64,000 nucleotides of DNA, taken from contig CASEFX010000029.1 in assembly GCA_949287305.1 (NCBI GenBank), positions 6,405 through 70,404 of the forward strand. The letters are read 5' to 3'. The number at the start of each line of letters is the position of its first letter. Within the stretch, counting starts at the first letter, position 1. Shown in pieces: positions 1-8,668 of this stretch. Position numbers and translations under genes: made by a program. The stretch is from an uncultured Sutterella sp. (lineage in GTDB: Bacteria > Pseudomonadota > Gammaproteobacteria > Burkholderiales > Burkholderiaceae_F). A model generated the notes under the pieces. That model ran no database searches and was not told the DNA's origin. It saw only the letters and a program-made list of their open reading frames with translations.

Positions 1-821
1 GCCGCGAACATCTTGCGGGCGACGTCGTCCTGATCATTCAGCCGGGCGAAGAAGGCTACGCCGGGGCGCGCGAAATGATCGAAGACGGTCTCTTCGAGCG
101 CTTCCCCGTCGGCGAAATCTACGGCGTGCACTGCGCGGGTGAGCTCCCGCTCGGCGTCATCGGCTTTACGAAGGGCGCGCAGTGCGCCGCGGCCGACCAC
201 TTCCGCATCACCGTGAAGGGCGTGGGCGGTCACGGAGCGCGTCCCCACAAGACGGTGGACCCGGTCGTGGCGACGGGGATTTTGATCGGAGCGCTGCAGA
301 CGATCGTTTCGCGCTCGGTCGATCCGATGCGTCCCGCGGTCGTGACGATCGCTTCGATTCACGGGGGCGACCCCAAGGGCGTCTCGGTCGTGCCCGCCGA
401 AGTGAAGCTCGCCGGGACGACGCGCTGCGCCTATCCGGAAGAGCGCGACCTGATCGAGCGCCGCATGGGCGAAATCTGCGCGGGCGTCGCCGCGACGACG
501 GGAACGGAAATCGACTTCCAGTACATCCGCCTCTATCCGCCGCTCGTCAATCACGACGAACAGCTCGAGTTCGCCCGTCAGGTGGCGCTCGAAGCCTACG
601 GCGAAGAGCGCGTTCGCAATCACTCGGCTTCGATGGGCGCGGAAGACTTCGCGTTCTTCCTCGAAAAGCGCCCGGGCTGCTTCCCGCGCGTCGGGATCGC
701 CGATGCGACGCACACGGCGAACCATCACCATCCGAACTTCGACTACAACGACCTCGCGCTCGGACCCACGGCCGACTTCTTCGTGCGGCTCGTGGAAAAG
801 CGACTCGCCGCCCTCCAATAA
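1..821 (+). CDS. M20D-family amidohydrolase (hippurate hydrolase/aminoacylase-like), 5-prime end cut by the window edge
   Basis: Frame 3 is open from nt 3 (..LIIQPGEEGYAGAREMIEDG..). GGHGARPH and HHPNFD-type motifs are typical of peptidase M20D. Stop codon at 819-821. Confidence 0.8.
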   Translation, partial: REHLAGDVVLIIQPGEEGYAGAREMIEDGLFERFPVGEIYGVHCAGELPLGVIGFTKGAQCAAADHFRITVKGVGGHGARPHKTVDPVVATGILIGALQTIVSRSVDPMRPAVVTIASIHGGDPKGVSVVPAEVKLAGTTRCAYPEERDLIERRMGEICAGVAATTGTEIDFQYIRLYPPLVNHDEQLEFARQVALEAYGEERVRNHSASMGAEDFAFFLEKRPGCFPRVGIADATHTANHHHPNFDYNDLALGPTADFFVRLVEKRLAALQ

Positions 822-827
822 GGATCC

Positions 828-1712
828 ATGATGCTCGAACGACTCCTCGCCACGCCCGTCTCGAAAGTCTCCGCTCTGCTCCTTGTCGCCGTCCTGATCG
901 CGGCGGTCGGGGCGCCGTGGCTCTCGCCCTACGACGCGACGGACCTCGCGTCGTTTGACATCGCGGACGCGAATCTGCCGCCCGCGTGGTTCCCGGACGG
1001 AGGCGACGCCCACCTTCTCGGCACGGACGATCAGGGGCGCGACCTCTTCTCGGCCATTCTGAGCGGAACGCGTCTGTCGCTAGCGATCGGGGTGACGGCG
1101 GCGCTTTTGTCGCTCGTGCTCGGCGTGACGGCGGGGCTCGTCGCGGGTTACGCGGGCGGAGTCGTCGACGCGGTGCTCATGCGCCTTTGCGACGTGATGC
1201 TCGCCTTTCCGACGCTTCTTGCGGCGCTCCTCGTCGACGGGGTTCTCCGCACGGTGTTGGGCGAAGGCGCGGGCGAGGGGACGCTCTACGCGGTGCTTCT
1301 GATCGCCATGACGGTGACGGGCTGGGTTCCCTACGCCCGAACGGTGCGCGGGCTCGCCCGCACGAAGCGCTCGGCCGACTACGTCTCCGCGGCGAAGCTC
1401 TCGGGCGTTTCGGAAGGGACGATCCTTCTTCGTCACGTGCTCCCGAACGTCATGGGACCGGTCTTCGTGCTGGGGACCTTGAATCTGAGTTCCGCCGTGA
1501 TGACGGAAGCCACGCTTTCCTTCCTCGGCGTCGGCGTTCCGCCCACGACGCCCTCGCTCGGAACCCTCATTCGGATCGGCAACGACTTCCTCTTTTCGGG
1601 CGAATGGTGGATCGCGCTCTTTCCGAGTGCGGTGCTCGCCGTGACGGTCTTCTCCGTCAATTTCTTGGGCGACCGCCTGCGCGACGTCCTCAATCCGGTT
1701 CTGAAGGGGTGA
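828..1712 (+). CDS. ABC transporter permease, DppC/OppC (peptide/nickel) family
   Basis: 294 aa and multi-pass hydrophobic. N-terminal OppC-type segment (SPYD..) and BPD-transporter EAA-like loop (SAAKLSGVSEGTILLRHVLPN). AAGGA RBS lies before the ATG at 828. Confidence 0.85.
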   Translation: MMLERLLATPVSKVSALLLVAVLIAAVGAPWLSPYDATDLASFDIADANLPPAWFPDGGDAHLLGTDDQGRDLFSAILSGTRLSLAIGVTAALLSLVLGVTAGLVAGYAGGVVDAVLMRLCDVMLAFPTLLAALLVDGVLRTVLGEGAGEGTLYAVLLIAMTVTGWVPYARTVRGLARTKRSADYVSAAKLSGVSEGTILLRHVLPNVMGPVFVLGTLNLSSAVMTEATLSFLGVGVPPTTPSLGTLIRIGNDFLFSGEWWIALFPSAVLAVTVFSVNFLGDRLRDVLNPVLKG

Positions 1713-1717
1713 AAAGC

Positions 1718-3751
1718 ATGTTGGAAGAAAAGACGAAGAAGAGCCCGATCCTCACGGTGGAGGGACTGACGGTACGGAGGGCCGACGGTGCGGCCCTCTT
1801 GGAAGACGTGTCGCTTACCGTGAACGCGGGCGAAATCCTCGGGCTCGTGGGCGAGTCGAGCGCCGGAAAGTCCATGATCGGTAACGCCGTTGCGGGACTC
1901 CTACCTGCGGGCGTCACGAGGGCGGGCGGACGAATCGTGCTCGAAGGCCGGGAGATCCAGGATCTCTCGGCGGACGAGACCCGGAAAATCCGGGGGCCCA
2001 AGATCGGGATGATCCTGCAGGATCCGCTCGGAAGCCTCAACCCGCTTCTCACCGTGGGCGAACACTTTCGCGAGACCTTCGCCGCGCACGGCATCCGTCT
2101 CTCTGAAGCGGAGCTCACGGCCCGTTCGACGGCGCTTCTTCGCGAAGCGGGATTGCCCGAGCCCGAGAAGCGTCTCGGGCAATATCCCCATGAACTCTCG
2201 GGCGGCCTTCGGCAGCGCGTCGTGATTGCGCTTGCGATCGCGCTCGATCCGATTCTTCTCATCGCGGACGAACCGACGACCGCCTTGGACGTTTCGGTGC
2301 AGGCGAAGATCACGGCGCTTCTCCGAAAGCTCGCCAAGGAGCGCGGATGCGGAGTCCTTCTCATCACCCACGACATGGGGGTGATCGCCGAGACGGCCGA
2401 CCGCATGGCGGTTCTGTATTCGGGACGCGTCGTGGAAGGGGGCCTCACGGACGATCTCATGAAGACGCCCCAGCACCCCTACACGAAGGGCCTCATGGGG
2501 GCGATTCCCGACACGGACTCGTCGTCACTCTGGCTTGAGCAGATCGACGGGGTCATGCCCGACCCCGCGAATCGGCCGTCGGGCTGTCCCTTCCATCCGC
2601 GCTGCCGCGCGGTGCAGAAGCGCTGCGAAACGGAACGACCAGAGCTCGTGCCCTGCGGGGCTTCGCAGGCCGCCTGCTGGCTTGCGGCCGACAACGGCCG
2701 AAGCGTGCCCGATTCGGTCGTGCGGTTTCACCCGCCCGTAAAGAGGAGTTGGAAGACCCTCGAAGCGAAGCGCCTTGCGGCCCTGGAGACGGTGCCCGAA
2801 ATCCTGCGGGTGGAAAACGTTCGGAAAACCTTCGTTCTTCGCCGTGCGGGACTCCTCGAACGCCTGGCGGGACGAAAGGACGACGTGACCGTCGCGGTGG
2901 ACGGCGTGAGTCTCTCGGTGCGAAAGGGCGAGACCGTGGCGCTCGTCGGCGAATCGGGCTGCGGCAAGTCCACCTTCGCTCGGATCGCGTCGGGCCTTCT
3001 TGCGCCGGACGAGGGCGGGGTGACGGTCGCCGGAAAGGACGTGAAGTTCCTCGAGGCGGGTCACGTCAACATGATCTTTCAGGACCCGTACGCAAGCCTC
3101 AATCCGCGCATGACGGTGGCGGACATCTGGGAGGAGCCCCTGAAGAGCCTTCGCCCCGAGCTCACCGCTCCCGAGCGCGGCGCGAAGCTTCGCGAACTCG
3201 CGCGCCTCGTGGGGCTCCCCGAAGAAGCGCTTCTCAAGTACCCGCACGAATTCTCGGGCGGACAGCGCCAGCGCATTTCGATAGCGCGCGCCGTCGCCGC
3301 GGGGCCCGACCTTCTCATCTGCGACGAACCGACGAGCGCGCTCGACGTTTCGGTGCAGGCGCAGGTCCTGAATCTTCTCAAAACCCTGCAGTTGGAGCGG
3401 GGCTTGAGCATGCTCTTCATCTCGCACAACCTCGGCGTCGTGCGTCACATCGCCGACACCGTGGGGGTGATGTACCGCGGTCAACTCGTCGAAAGGGCGT
3501 CGAAGGAAAATTTGTTCGAAAATCCGCTTCATCCGTATACGAGAATGCTTCTCGATTCCGTACCGAAAATCGGTGGCGGAAAGCGAAGCGTCGTCCCCGG
3601 GGAGGCGTCCGACATCCTCCCGCGGGAGGGTTGCCCCTTTGCGCCGCGTTGCGCAAATGTTACGGACAAATGCCGCGTCGGAAAAGTTTTCCTTGAAGAG
3701 AAAAACGGGCCGCAGGGCTTGCGCGCCGTGGCCTGCCGCAATGTTCCCTAA
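1718..3751 (+). CDS. Fused double-ATPase ABC transporter protein (DppD-DppF/GsiA-like)
   Basis: Two Walker A sites (GESSAGKS, GESGCGKS), two LSGG signatures (LSGGLRQR, FSGGQRQR) and oligopeptide C-terminal Cys motifs. The ATG at 1718 follows the permease stop. The upstream part of track ORF 986-3751 overlaps the permease in another frame and is not coding. Confidence 0.9.
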   Translation: MLEEKTKKSPILTVEGLTVRRADGAALLEDVSLTVNAGEILGLVGESSAGKSMIGNAVAGLLPAGVTRAGGRIVLEGREIQDLSADETRKIRGPKIGMILQDPLGSLNPLLTVGEHFRETFAAHGIRLSEAELTARSTALLREAGLPEPEKRLGQYPHELSGGLRQRVVIALAIALDPILLIADEPTTALDVSVQAKITALLRKLAKERGCGVLLITHDMGVIAETADRMAVLYSGRVVEGGLTDDLMKTPQHPYTKGLMGAIPDTDSSSLWLEQIDGVMPDPANRPSGCPFHPRCRAVQKRCETERPELVPCGASQAACWLAADNGRSVPDSVVRFHPPVKRSWKTLEAKRLAALETVPEILRVENVRKTFVLRRAGLLERLAGRKDDVTVAVDGVSLSVRKGETVALVGESGCGKSTFARIASGLLAPDEGGVTVAGKDVKFLEAGHVNMIFQDPYASLNPRMTVADIWEEPLKSLRPELTAPERGAKLRELARLVGLPEEALLKYPHEFSGGQRQRISIARAVAAGPDLLICDEPTSALDVSVQAQVLNLLKTLQLERGLSMLFISHNLGVVRHIADTVGVMYRGQLVERASKENLFENPLHPYTRMLLDSVPKIGGGKRSVVPGEASDILPREGCPFAPRCANVTDKCRVGKVFLEEKNGPQGLRAVACRNVP

Positions 3752-3805
3752 AAGATCGGGGGAGGGTCCGCAATCTTTTCAGGCTTCCTTTTGTTCAGTA
3801 AAAAA

Positions 3806-3847
3806 GAGCGCGTTCAGGAACGAAATACCGTCGCGCTCACCTTTTTC
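3806..3847 (+). terminator. Putative rho-independent terminator after the ABC operon
   Basis: GAGCGCG (3806-3812) pairs with CGCGCTC (3832-3838) and is followed by a T5 run at 3842-3846. The loop is long (19 nt). Confidence 0.45.
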
Positions 3848-4009
3848 TGAGACGGTTGAAATTGCCTCTCGGAGTGAGGTTTAGGTCCTCGAGTATGAGT
3901 TAGGGAACTTAGGAAATCACCGAAAGAGAGTTCATGATTCTTCGTGATAGTCTCGTGGGGTGAAATTGCACGAGAAATGCGTGATTTCGCTTTTGGAAGG
4001 AGACAATTC

Positions 4010-6604
4010 ATGAACCAAAAACCGAACCCGACTTCGGGCGTCGGCATCTCCCGCCGTACCCTCCTGGGTGCGACCGCGGCGGGCGTCGGCGTTGGCAGTT
4101 TCGCCGGCATCTCGCTCGCTCAGGTTGAAAAGACCATTGAGAAGCTCAAGGAAGAAGGTTGGGAAGCCCATCCGACGGCCTGCTGCATGTGCGGCGCCCG
4201 TTGCGGCATGCTCGCCATGAAGAAGAAGGGCGCCAAGCTCGGCCCCGACACGGTGCGCATCTTCCCGAACCCCTCGCATCCCCAGCGCGGCTACTGCGGC
4301 CGCGGTGCGCAGACGCTCTGGCTCTGGAACCATCCGCTTCGCATCAAGAAGCCCTTGAAGCGCAAGGGCGAACGCGGCTCGGGCGAATTCGAGGAAATTT
4401 CCTGGGATCAGGCCCTGAACGAAATCGCCGCGAAGTTGAAGGAAATCACCGAAAAGTACGGTGAAAAGAGCGTCCTTCTGACGTCCCACAACTTTACGGG
4501 CTATCAGGCCTGGTTTGCCCAGCCCTTCGGGACGCCGAACGTCGTCAACCACTCGGCCACCTGCAACAGCGCGTCGACGCTTGGCCGTCGCATGATCTTC
4601 GGCCCCGCCTACAACGGCGTCGGCGCCGTCGACCCCGACTACGGCAACGCGCGCTACCTCCTCCTCGTGGGCCGCACCCTCAACTGCGCCGCGGGCATCT
4701 TCGGTCACGCCGCCGCCGCGCGTGAAAACGGCTGCAAGCTGGTCTTCGTCGACCCGCGCATGCCGGAAGGCGCTCTGGGCGACGCCACGTGGATCCCGAT
4801 CAAGCCGGGCACCGACGGCGCCTTCCTGCAGGGCCTCATTCACATCGGTTTGAAGGAAGGTCTCTGCGACCTCGACTGGGTCAAGCACTGGACGAACGGC
4901 CCCGTGCTCGTTCACGAAGACCTTCGCCCCGTCACGGAAAGCGAAGTGGTGGAGGGCGGTTCCGCCCGACGCTTCGCGGTCGTCGACGAAACCACGGGCA
5001 CGCTCCTGTGGCAGGGCCCGAAACTCAACGAAAAGGGCGCGATCGTGGGCTTCGACCACGATCCTCTGCAGCCGCTCCTTCTCTCGCACACGACCGAAAT
5101 CACCTTCCTCAACGGCAAGGTCGAACGCGTGAAGACGGCCTTTGACCACTTCCTCGACGTCAACAACCGCTACACGCCGGAAGAAACGTCGAAGATCACG
5201 GGCATTCCCGTCGACACGCTCGTCGAAACGGCGCGCGACTTCTTCAAGTTGAAGGGCGTCTGCGACGACGGCTGGTATTCGTCGCGCAACGCCAACGACG
5301 TCGAAGCCTTCGGCATGATGAACGTCATCAACCTCTTTACGGGCCGCTTCGACCTCGAAGGCGGTTTGATCGCCACGCAGGGCGGCGGCTACGGCGGGGC
5401 GCCCGGCATCAAGCGCAAGGACGGCAAGTGCCTCGGTCCCACGGGCGTTACTTGGGATCCCCCGAAGGGCAAGCCCCTTGACAAGGAATACTATCCGGAA
5501 GGCATCGGCAGCTTCCATTCGACTTTCGAAGCGATGAAGACCGGCAAGCCCTATCCGATCCGCGCGCTCTTCATCACGGGCGGCGCCATGTTCCATCGCG
5601 AAGCGAACTCGGCGCGCATGATCGAAGCCTTCAAGTCGCTTGACCTCATCGTCTCGCAGGACCTGATGCCGCAGGAATCGAACGACTACGCCGACTATGT
5701 GCTGCCGTCGACCTTCTTCCTGGAAAACCACGAGTACCTCGGCGTTACGTACGCCCGCGACGGCTACGTGCAGCGCTCGAGCGCGGAAATCGATCCGCCG
5801 GAAGGCGTCGAAGCCCGCCACGACATCTGGCAGTTCCTCGAAATTCTCCGTCGTGCGTATCCCGAACGCGCCGCGCGCGTGGGCTACACCGAAGAGATCA
5901 AGGACCGCGCGGGCTGGAAGGCCTGGTGGGATCAGGGTCTCGTCGAAGCCGGCTGGAAGAAGTGGATCGCTTCGAAGAACGCCGCCAAGCCCGGCGAAGG
6001 CGACCGCATCCTCAAGGACGTCGACGAAAAGGGCTGGTCGCTCACCATCCCGAAGAAGTACGGCAACGTTCCCTACAAGAAGCCCTTCCCGACGCCGACC
6101 GGCAAGGCCGAGCTTCTCTCCTTCTTCATCGTTCAGCGTCCGCACTGCAAGGGCATCCGTCCGATTCCGGAATACGTTCCGGTCACGGCCTACACGGCTC
6201 CGAAGCCCCTGAGCGACGAATTCGTCCTCGTCTCCGGCAAGGACGGCGTCTCGGGCTGCGGCTGCACGATCTTCACGTGGCCGACGAAGTACCTCGGCGA
6301 CCGCACCTTCTGGATGAACCCGGTTGACGCCGATCGTCTCGGCATCAAGATGGGCGACACCGTCGAAGTGGAAGGTCTCGACAACCACGTCAAGGGCCGC
6401 GTCAAGATCACGGTTACGAACCGCGTGCGCGTGGGTTCTCTCTTTGTTCACGGTTTTGCGGGCGGCGTTCGCACCAAGAAGCTTCCCGAAAACTACGCAT
6501 GGGTCCGCGAAGGCATCAATTCCAACTGGCTCACCGAAGGTGTCAGCCAGGTGGCCTGCGGCAACATGAACAACAACACGTCGGTCCGCGTCAAGCGCGT
6601 CTGA
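4010..6604 (+). CDS. Tat-exported molybdopterin oxidoreductase catalytic subunit, PsrA/PhsA-like (substrate unknown)
   Basis: GGAAGGAGA RBS then ATG at 4010. Twin-arginine signal (SRRTLLGATAAGVG). CX2CX3C FS0 motif (CCMCGARCG). Length about 864 aa and bis-MGD enzyme architecture. Followed by FeS and NrfD-type subunit genes. Confidence 0.88.
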   Translation: MNQKPNPTSGVGISRRTLLGATAAGVGVGSFAGISLAQVEKTIEKLKEEGWEAHPTACCMCGARCGMLAMKKKGAKLGPDTVRIFPNPSHPQRGYCGRGAQTLWLWNHPLRIKKPLKRKGERGSGEFEEISWDQALNEIAAKLKEITEKYGEKSVLLTSHNFTGYQAWFAQPFGTPNVVNHSATCNSASTLGRRMIFGPAYNGVGAVDPDYGNARYLLLVGRTLNCAAGIFGHAAAARENGCKLVFVDPRMPEGALGDATWIPIKPGTDGAFLQGLIHIGLKEGLCDLDWVKHWTNGPVLVHEDLRPVTESEVVEGGSARRFAVVDETTGTLLWQGPKLNEKGAIVGFDHDPLQPLLLSHTTEITFLNGKVERVKTAFDHFLDVNNRYTPEETSKITGIPVDTLVETARDFFKLKGVCDDGWYSSRNANDVEAFGMMNVINLFTGRFDLEGGLIATQGGGYGGAPGIKRKDGKCLGPTGVTWDPPKGKPLDKEYYPEGIGSFHSTFEAMKTGKPYPIRALFITGGAMFHREANSARMIEAFKSLDLIVSQDLMPQESNDYADYVLPSTFFLENHEYLGVTYARDGYVQRSSAEIDPPEGVEARHDIWQFLEILRRAYPERAARVGYTEEIKDRAGWKAWWDQGLVEAGWKKWIASKNAAKPGEGDRILKDVDEKGWSLTIPKKYGNVPYKKPFPTPTGKAELLSFFIVQRPHCKGIRPIPEYVPVTAYTAPKPLSDEFVLVSGKDGVSGCGCTIFTWPTKYLGDRTFWMNPVDADRLGIKMGDTVEVEGLDNHVKGRVKITVTNRVRVGSLFVHGFAGGVRTKKLPENYAWVREGINSNWLTEGVSQVACGNMNNNTSVRVKRV

Positions 6605-6614
6605 AGGAGAAGCC

Positions 6615-7199
6615 ATGACTACGAAATCCAAAAAGCAGCTGGCGCACCTCTTCGACGCAACGCGTTGCGTTGACTGCAACGCCTGCATCGTCGCGTGCGC
6701 GCAGACGAACTATCCCGAAATGTTCGACCGCCCCAACGAAGGTTGGGATTGGTTGGCGGCCAACATCCGCAAGGTGACGCTCGAGCGCGCGAAGCGCCCG
6801 GTGCACATGCTGGTTCAGTGCCAGCAGTGTGAAAACGCCCCCTGCATCGACACCTGCCCCTTCGGCGCGAACTACCGCGATCCGGAGACGGGCCTGGTGA
6901 AGACGGACGAAAGCCGCTGCGTCGGTTGCAACTACTGCATCGCGTCGTGCCCCTACGACGTGCGCTGGTCGCACCCCGACACCGGTCTTCCGATGAAGTG
7001 CATGGGACACGGTTGCGAAGAGCTCGTCAAGAACGGCGAACTTCCGGCCTGCGTTTCGGCCTGTCCGGTTTCGGCCCGCATGTTCGGCGACGTGTCGGAT
7101 CCCGATTCCGACATCTCCCGCAAGATCGCGGTCTCGAAGACCGAAAAGCTCCTTCCCCATAAGGGAACGAAACCCAACTACTTCGTGGTGGTGAAATGA
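6615..7199 (+). CDS. 4Fe-4S ferredoxin-type electron-transfer subunit (PsrB/PhsB/NrfC-like)
   Basis: Several CxxCxxCxxxCP clusters (CVDCNACIVAC, CQQCENAPCIDTCP, CVGCNYCIASCP). Lies immediately downstream of the catalytic subunit. Confidence 0.9.
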   Translation: MTTKSKKQLAHLFDATRCVDCNACIVACAQTNYPEMFDRPNEGWDWLAANIRKVTLERAKRPVHMLVQCQQCENAPCIDTCPFGANYRDPETGLVKTDESRCVGCNYCIASCPYDVRWSHPDTGLPMKCMGHGCEELVKNGELPACVSACPVSARMFGDVSDPDSDISRKIAVSKTEKLLPHKGTKPNYFVVVK

Positions 7200-8065
7200 C
7201 GTACGAATTTGTTGAATTGACGAGCCAGGCCGCCACGGCGCATTGGGGGTGGACCATCGCGTTCTTCCTCTGGTTCGTGGGCTTGGCCGGGATGAGCCTT
7301 TTCCTCAACTGGTGGCTGCGTTCGAAGCGCGTCTTCTACGTGGCGACGGCTGCGGCCATCATCGGGACCCTTCTCGTGGTCTCGCACCTGGCCCGCATGC
7401 TGAACCTCCCGATGGTCGCGATCAACGCGCTCATCGAATGGAAGTTCAACTTCGGCAGCTGGATGTTCATCGGCATCTGCATCCTCGCGGTGCTCTGCGT
7501 GCTGACGCTCATTCAGTCCTGGGGCATGTGGAAGAACGCCCGCTGGGCCGACTCCTGCGGTCTTCTCATGATCGACGCGATCCTGGGCGTGGCCGCGACG
7601 GCTTACTCGGGCTTCCTCTTGACGCAGGCCGTGGGCGTCCCGCTCTGGACGACCGCCGTTCTGCCGGTCCTCTGGATCTTCTCGGGTCTCGCCTGCGCGG
7701 TGGGTCTCGCTGAAATCCTCGCCTCGACGGGCAAGCTCGAAACCGGTCATCCGCACTGGCTTGCGGGCGCCGCCAACGGCGTGCACATCGGCGAAGCCTT
7801 CGTGATCTTCGCCTTCGTGCAGGTCGCCCTGGCCGGTACGCCGGGTGCCGCGGCGGGCGCCGAGTCGCTCCTTTCGGGCGACAACGCCGCGCTCTTTCTC
7901 GGCGGCGCCGTGGGCGTCGGGATCATCGTTCCCTTCCTCATCGGGCTCTTCATGAAGTCCTCGAAGGGCATGGTGGCCTTGGGCGGCGCGTGCGCCCTCT
8001 GCGGTGCGCTCGCTCTGCGCGCGGCGGTGCTCTTTGCCGGCTACTTTGATCCGGTGATCTTCTAA
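7196..8065 (+). CDS. NrfD/PsrC-family integral membrane quinol-interacting anchor subunit
   Basis: 289 aa with about 8 hydrophobic helices. ATGA overlap with the FeS subunit gene gives the classic PsrABC gene order. Confidence 0.8.
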   Translation: MTYEFVELTSQAATAHWGWTIAFFLWFVGLAGMSLFLNWWLRSKRVFYVATAAAIIGTLLVVSHLARMLNLPMVAINALIEWKFNFGSWMFIGICILAVLCVLTLIQSWGMWKNARWADSCGLLMIDAILGVAATAYSGFLLTQAVGVPLWTTAVLPVLWIFSGLACAVGLAEILASTGKLETGHPHWLAGAANGVHIGEAFVIFAFVQVALAGTPGAAAGAESLLSGDNAALFLGGAVGVGIIVPFLIGLFMKSSKGMVALGGACALCGALALRAAVLFAGYFDPVIF

Positions 8066-8096
8066 GAAGATTTCGACTCGGAATCCCTGAGAACGA

Positions 8097-8136
8097 CAAG
8101 CCCCCGAAGCTTCGGCCAAGGGGGCTTGGCGCTTTT
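8097..8136 (+). terminator. Rho-independent terminator after the psrABC-like operon
   Basis: CAAGCCCCC (8097-8105) pairs with GGGGGCTTG (8120-8128), then GCGCTTTTG. Confidence 0.55.
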
Positions 8137-8225
8137 GAGTTCGATGGTGCTATGGTTACCGTATGGCGGAACGAAAGGACGAATCTCCGAACGGAAGCTT
8201 CCTCGTCCCGGCCAAAGGAGAGAAA

Positions 8226-8564
8226 ATGAGGTTCTATTGCATGTATTGCGGGCACTCGTCGGGTTCCGTTTTGAGCCTGACCACGGGATCCTGCCGCAAC
8301 AGCCCGAACGGCAAACATGTGCCCTACGAGGGCGCAGAAAAGCGCAAGTACTACTGCAAGTACTGCGGACACTCCTCGGGCTCCATCTTGAGCCTGACCA
8401 CGGGATCGTGCCGAAACAGCCCGAACGGCAAGCACATTCCCTATGAGGGCGACGAAACGAGCAAATACGTCTGCAAATATTGCGGGCACACCTCGAGTTC
8501 CATCACGAGCCTGACCACGGGATCGTGCCGCAACAGTCCCACTCGCAAGCACGTGCCGATGTAA
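8226..8564 (+). CDS. Small cytoplasmic Cys/His-rich protein made of three 39-aa tandem repeats (putative metal-binding, function unknown)
   Basis: AAAGGAGAG RBS then ATG at 8226. The repeat unit Y-C-x-Y-C-G-H-[ST]-S-[SG]-S-[IV]-x-S-L-T-T-G-S-C-R-N-S-P-x-x-K-H-[VI]-P recurs at a 117-nt period (TAT/TAC TGC GGx CAC at 8244, 8361 and 8478). Most differences I checked between DNA copies leave the motif residues unchanged. Confidence 0.7.
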   Translation: MRFYCMYCGHSSGSVLSLTTGSCRNSPNGKHVPYEGAEKRKYYCKYCGHSSGSILSLTTGSCRNSPNGKHIPYEGDETSKYVCKYCGHTSSSITSLTTGSCRNSPTRKHVPM

Positions 8565-8590
8565 CGAACTCTTTATACGCAGGATGCGAA

Positions 8591-8621
8591 AACCCCCGTT
8601 CCTAATTTGGAAACGGGGGTT
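8591..8621. terminator. Bidirectional hairpin terminator between convergent genes
   Basis: AACCCCCGTT (8591-8600) pairs with AACGGGGGTT (8612-8621). A-run upstream and T-rich tail downstream. Confidence 0.6.
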
Positions 8622-8668
8622 TGTATTCGCCAGTAGATCAAAGCTTGGCTTTAATCGGTTTGGGAACT

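Noticed and set aside
986-1717. N-terminal 244-codon extension of the ABC ATPase ORF
   Set aside because: It overlaps the permease gene in another frame and translates to Arg/Gly-rich junk. The true start is the ATG at 1718, right after the permease stop.
4010-6604. Selenocysteine (in-frame TGA) recoding in the molybdoenzymes (also 47108-49516 and 54059-56503)
   Set aside because: All three catalytic-subunit ORFs are uninterrupted. No in-frame TGA or downstream SECIS-like hairpin is needed to explain them.
3932-6688. 918-aa ORF antisense to the PsrA-like molybdoenzyme gene
   Set aside because: This is a shadow ORF typical of GC-rich DNA. Its translation is low-complexity Arg/Ala/Gly/Asp-rich with no RBS or recognisable domain, while the plus-strand frame has clear Tat signal, FeS and molybdopterin-enzyme features.
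8226-8564. Possibility that the 117-nt tandem repeats are a CRISPR-like or non-coding satellite array
   Set aside because: The repeats are contiguous with no unique spacers and keep one reading frame. Most differences I checked leave the motif residues unchanged, and an RBS sits in front. This is a coding repeat, and no cas genes are in the window.
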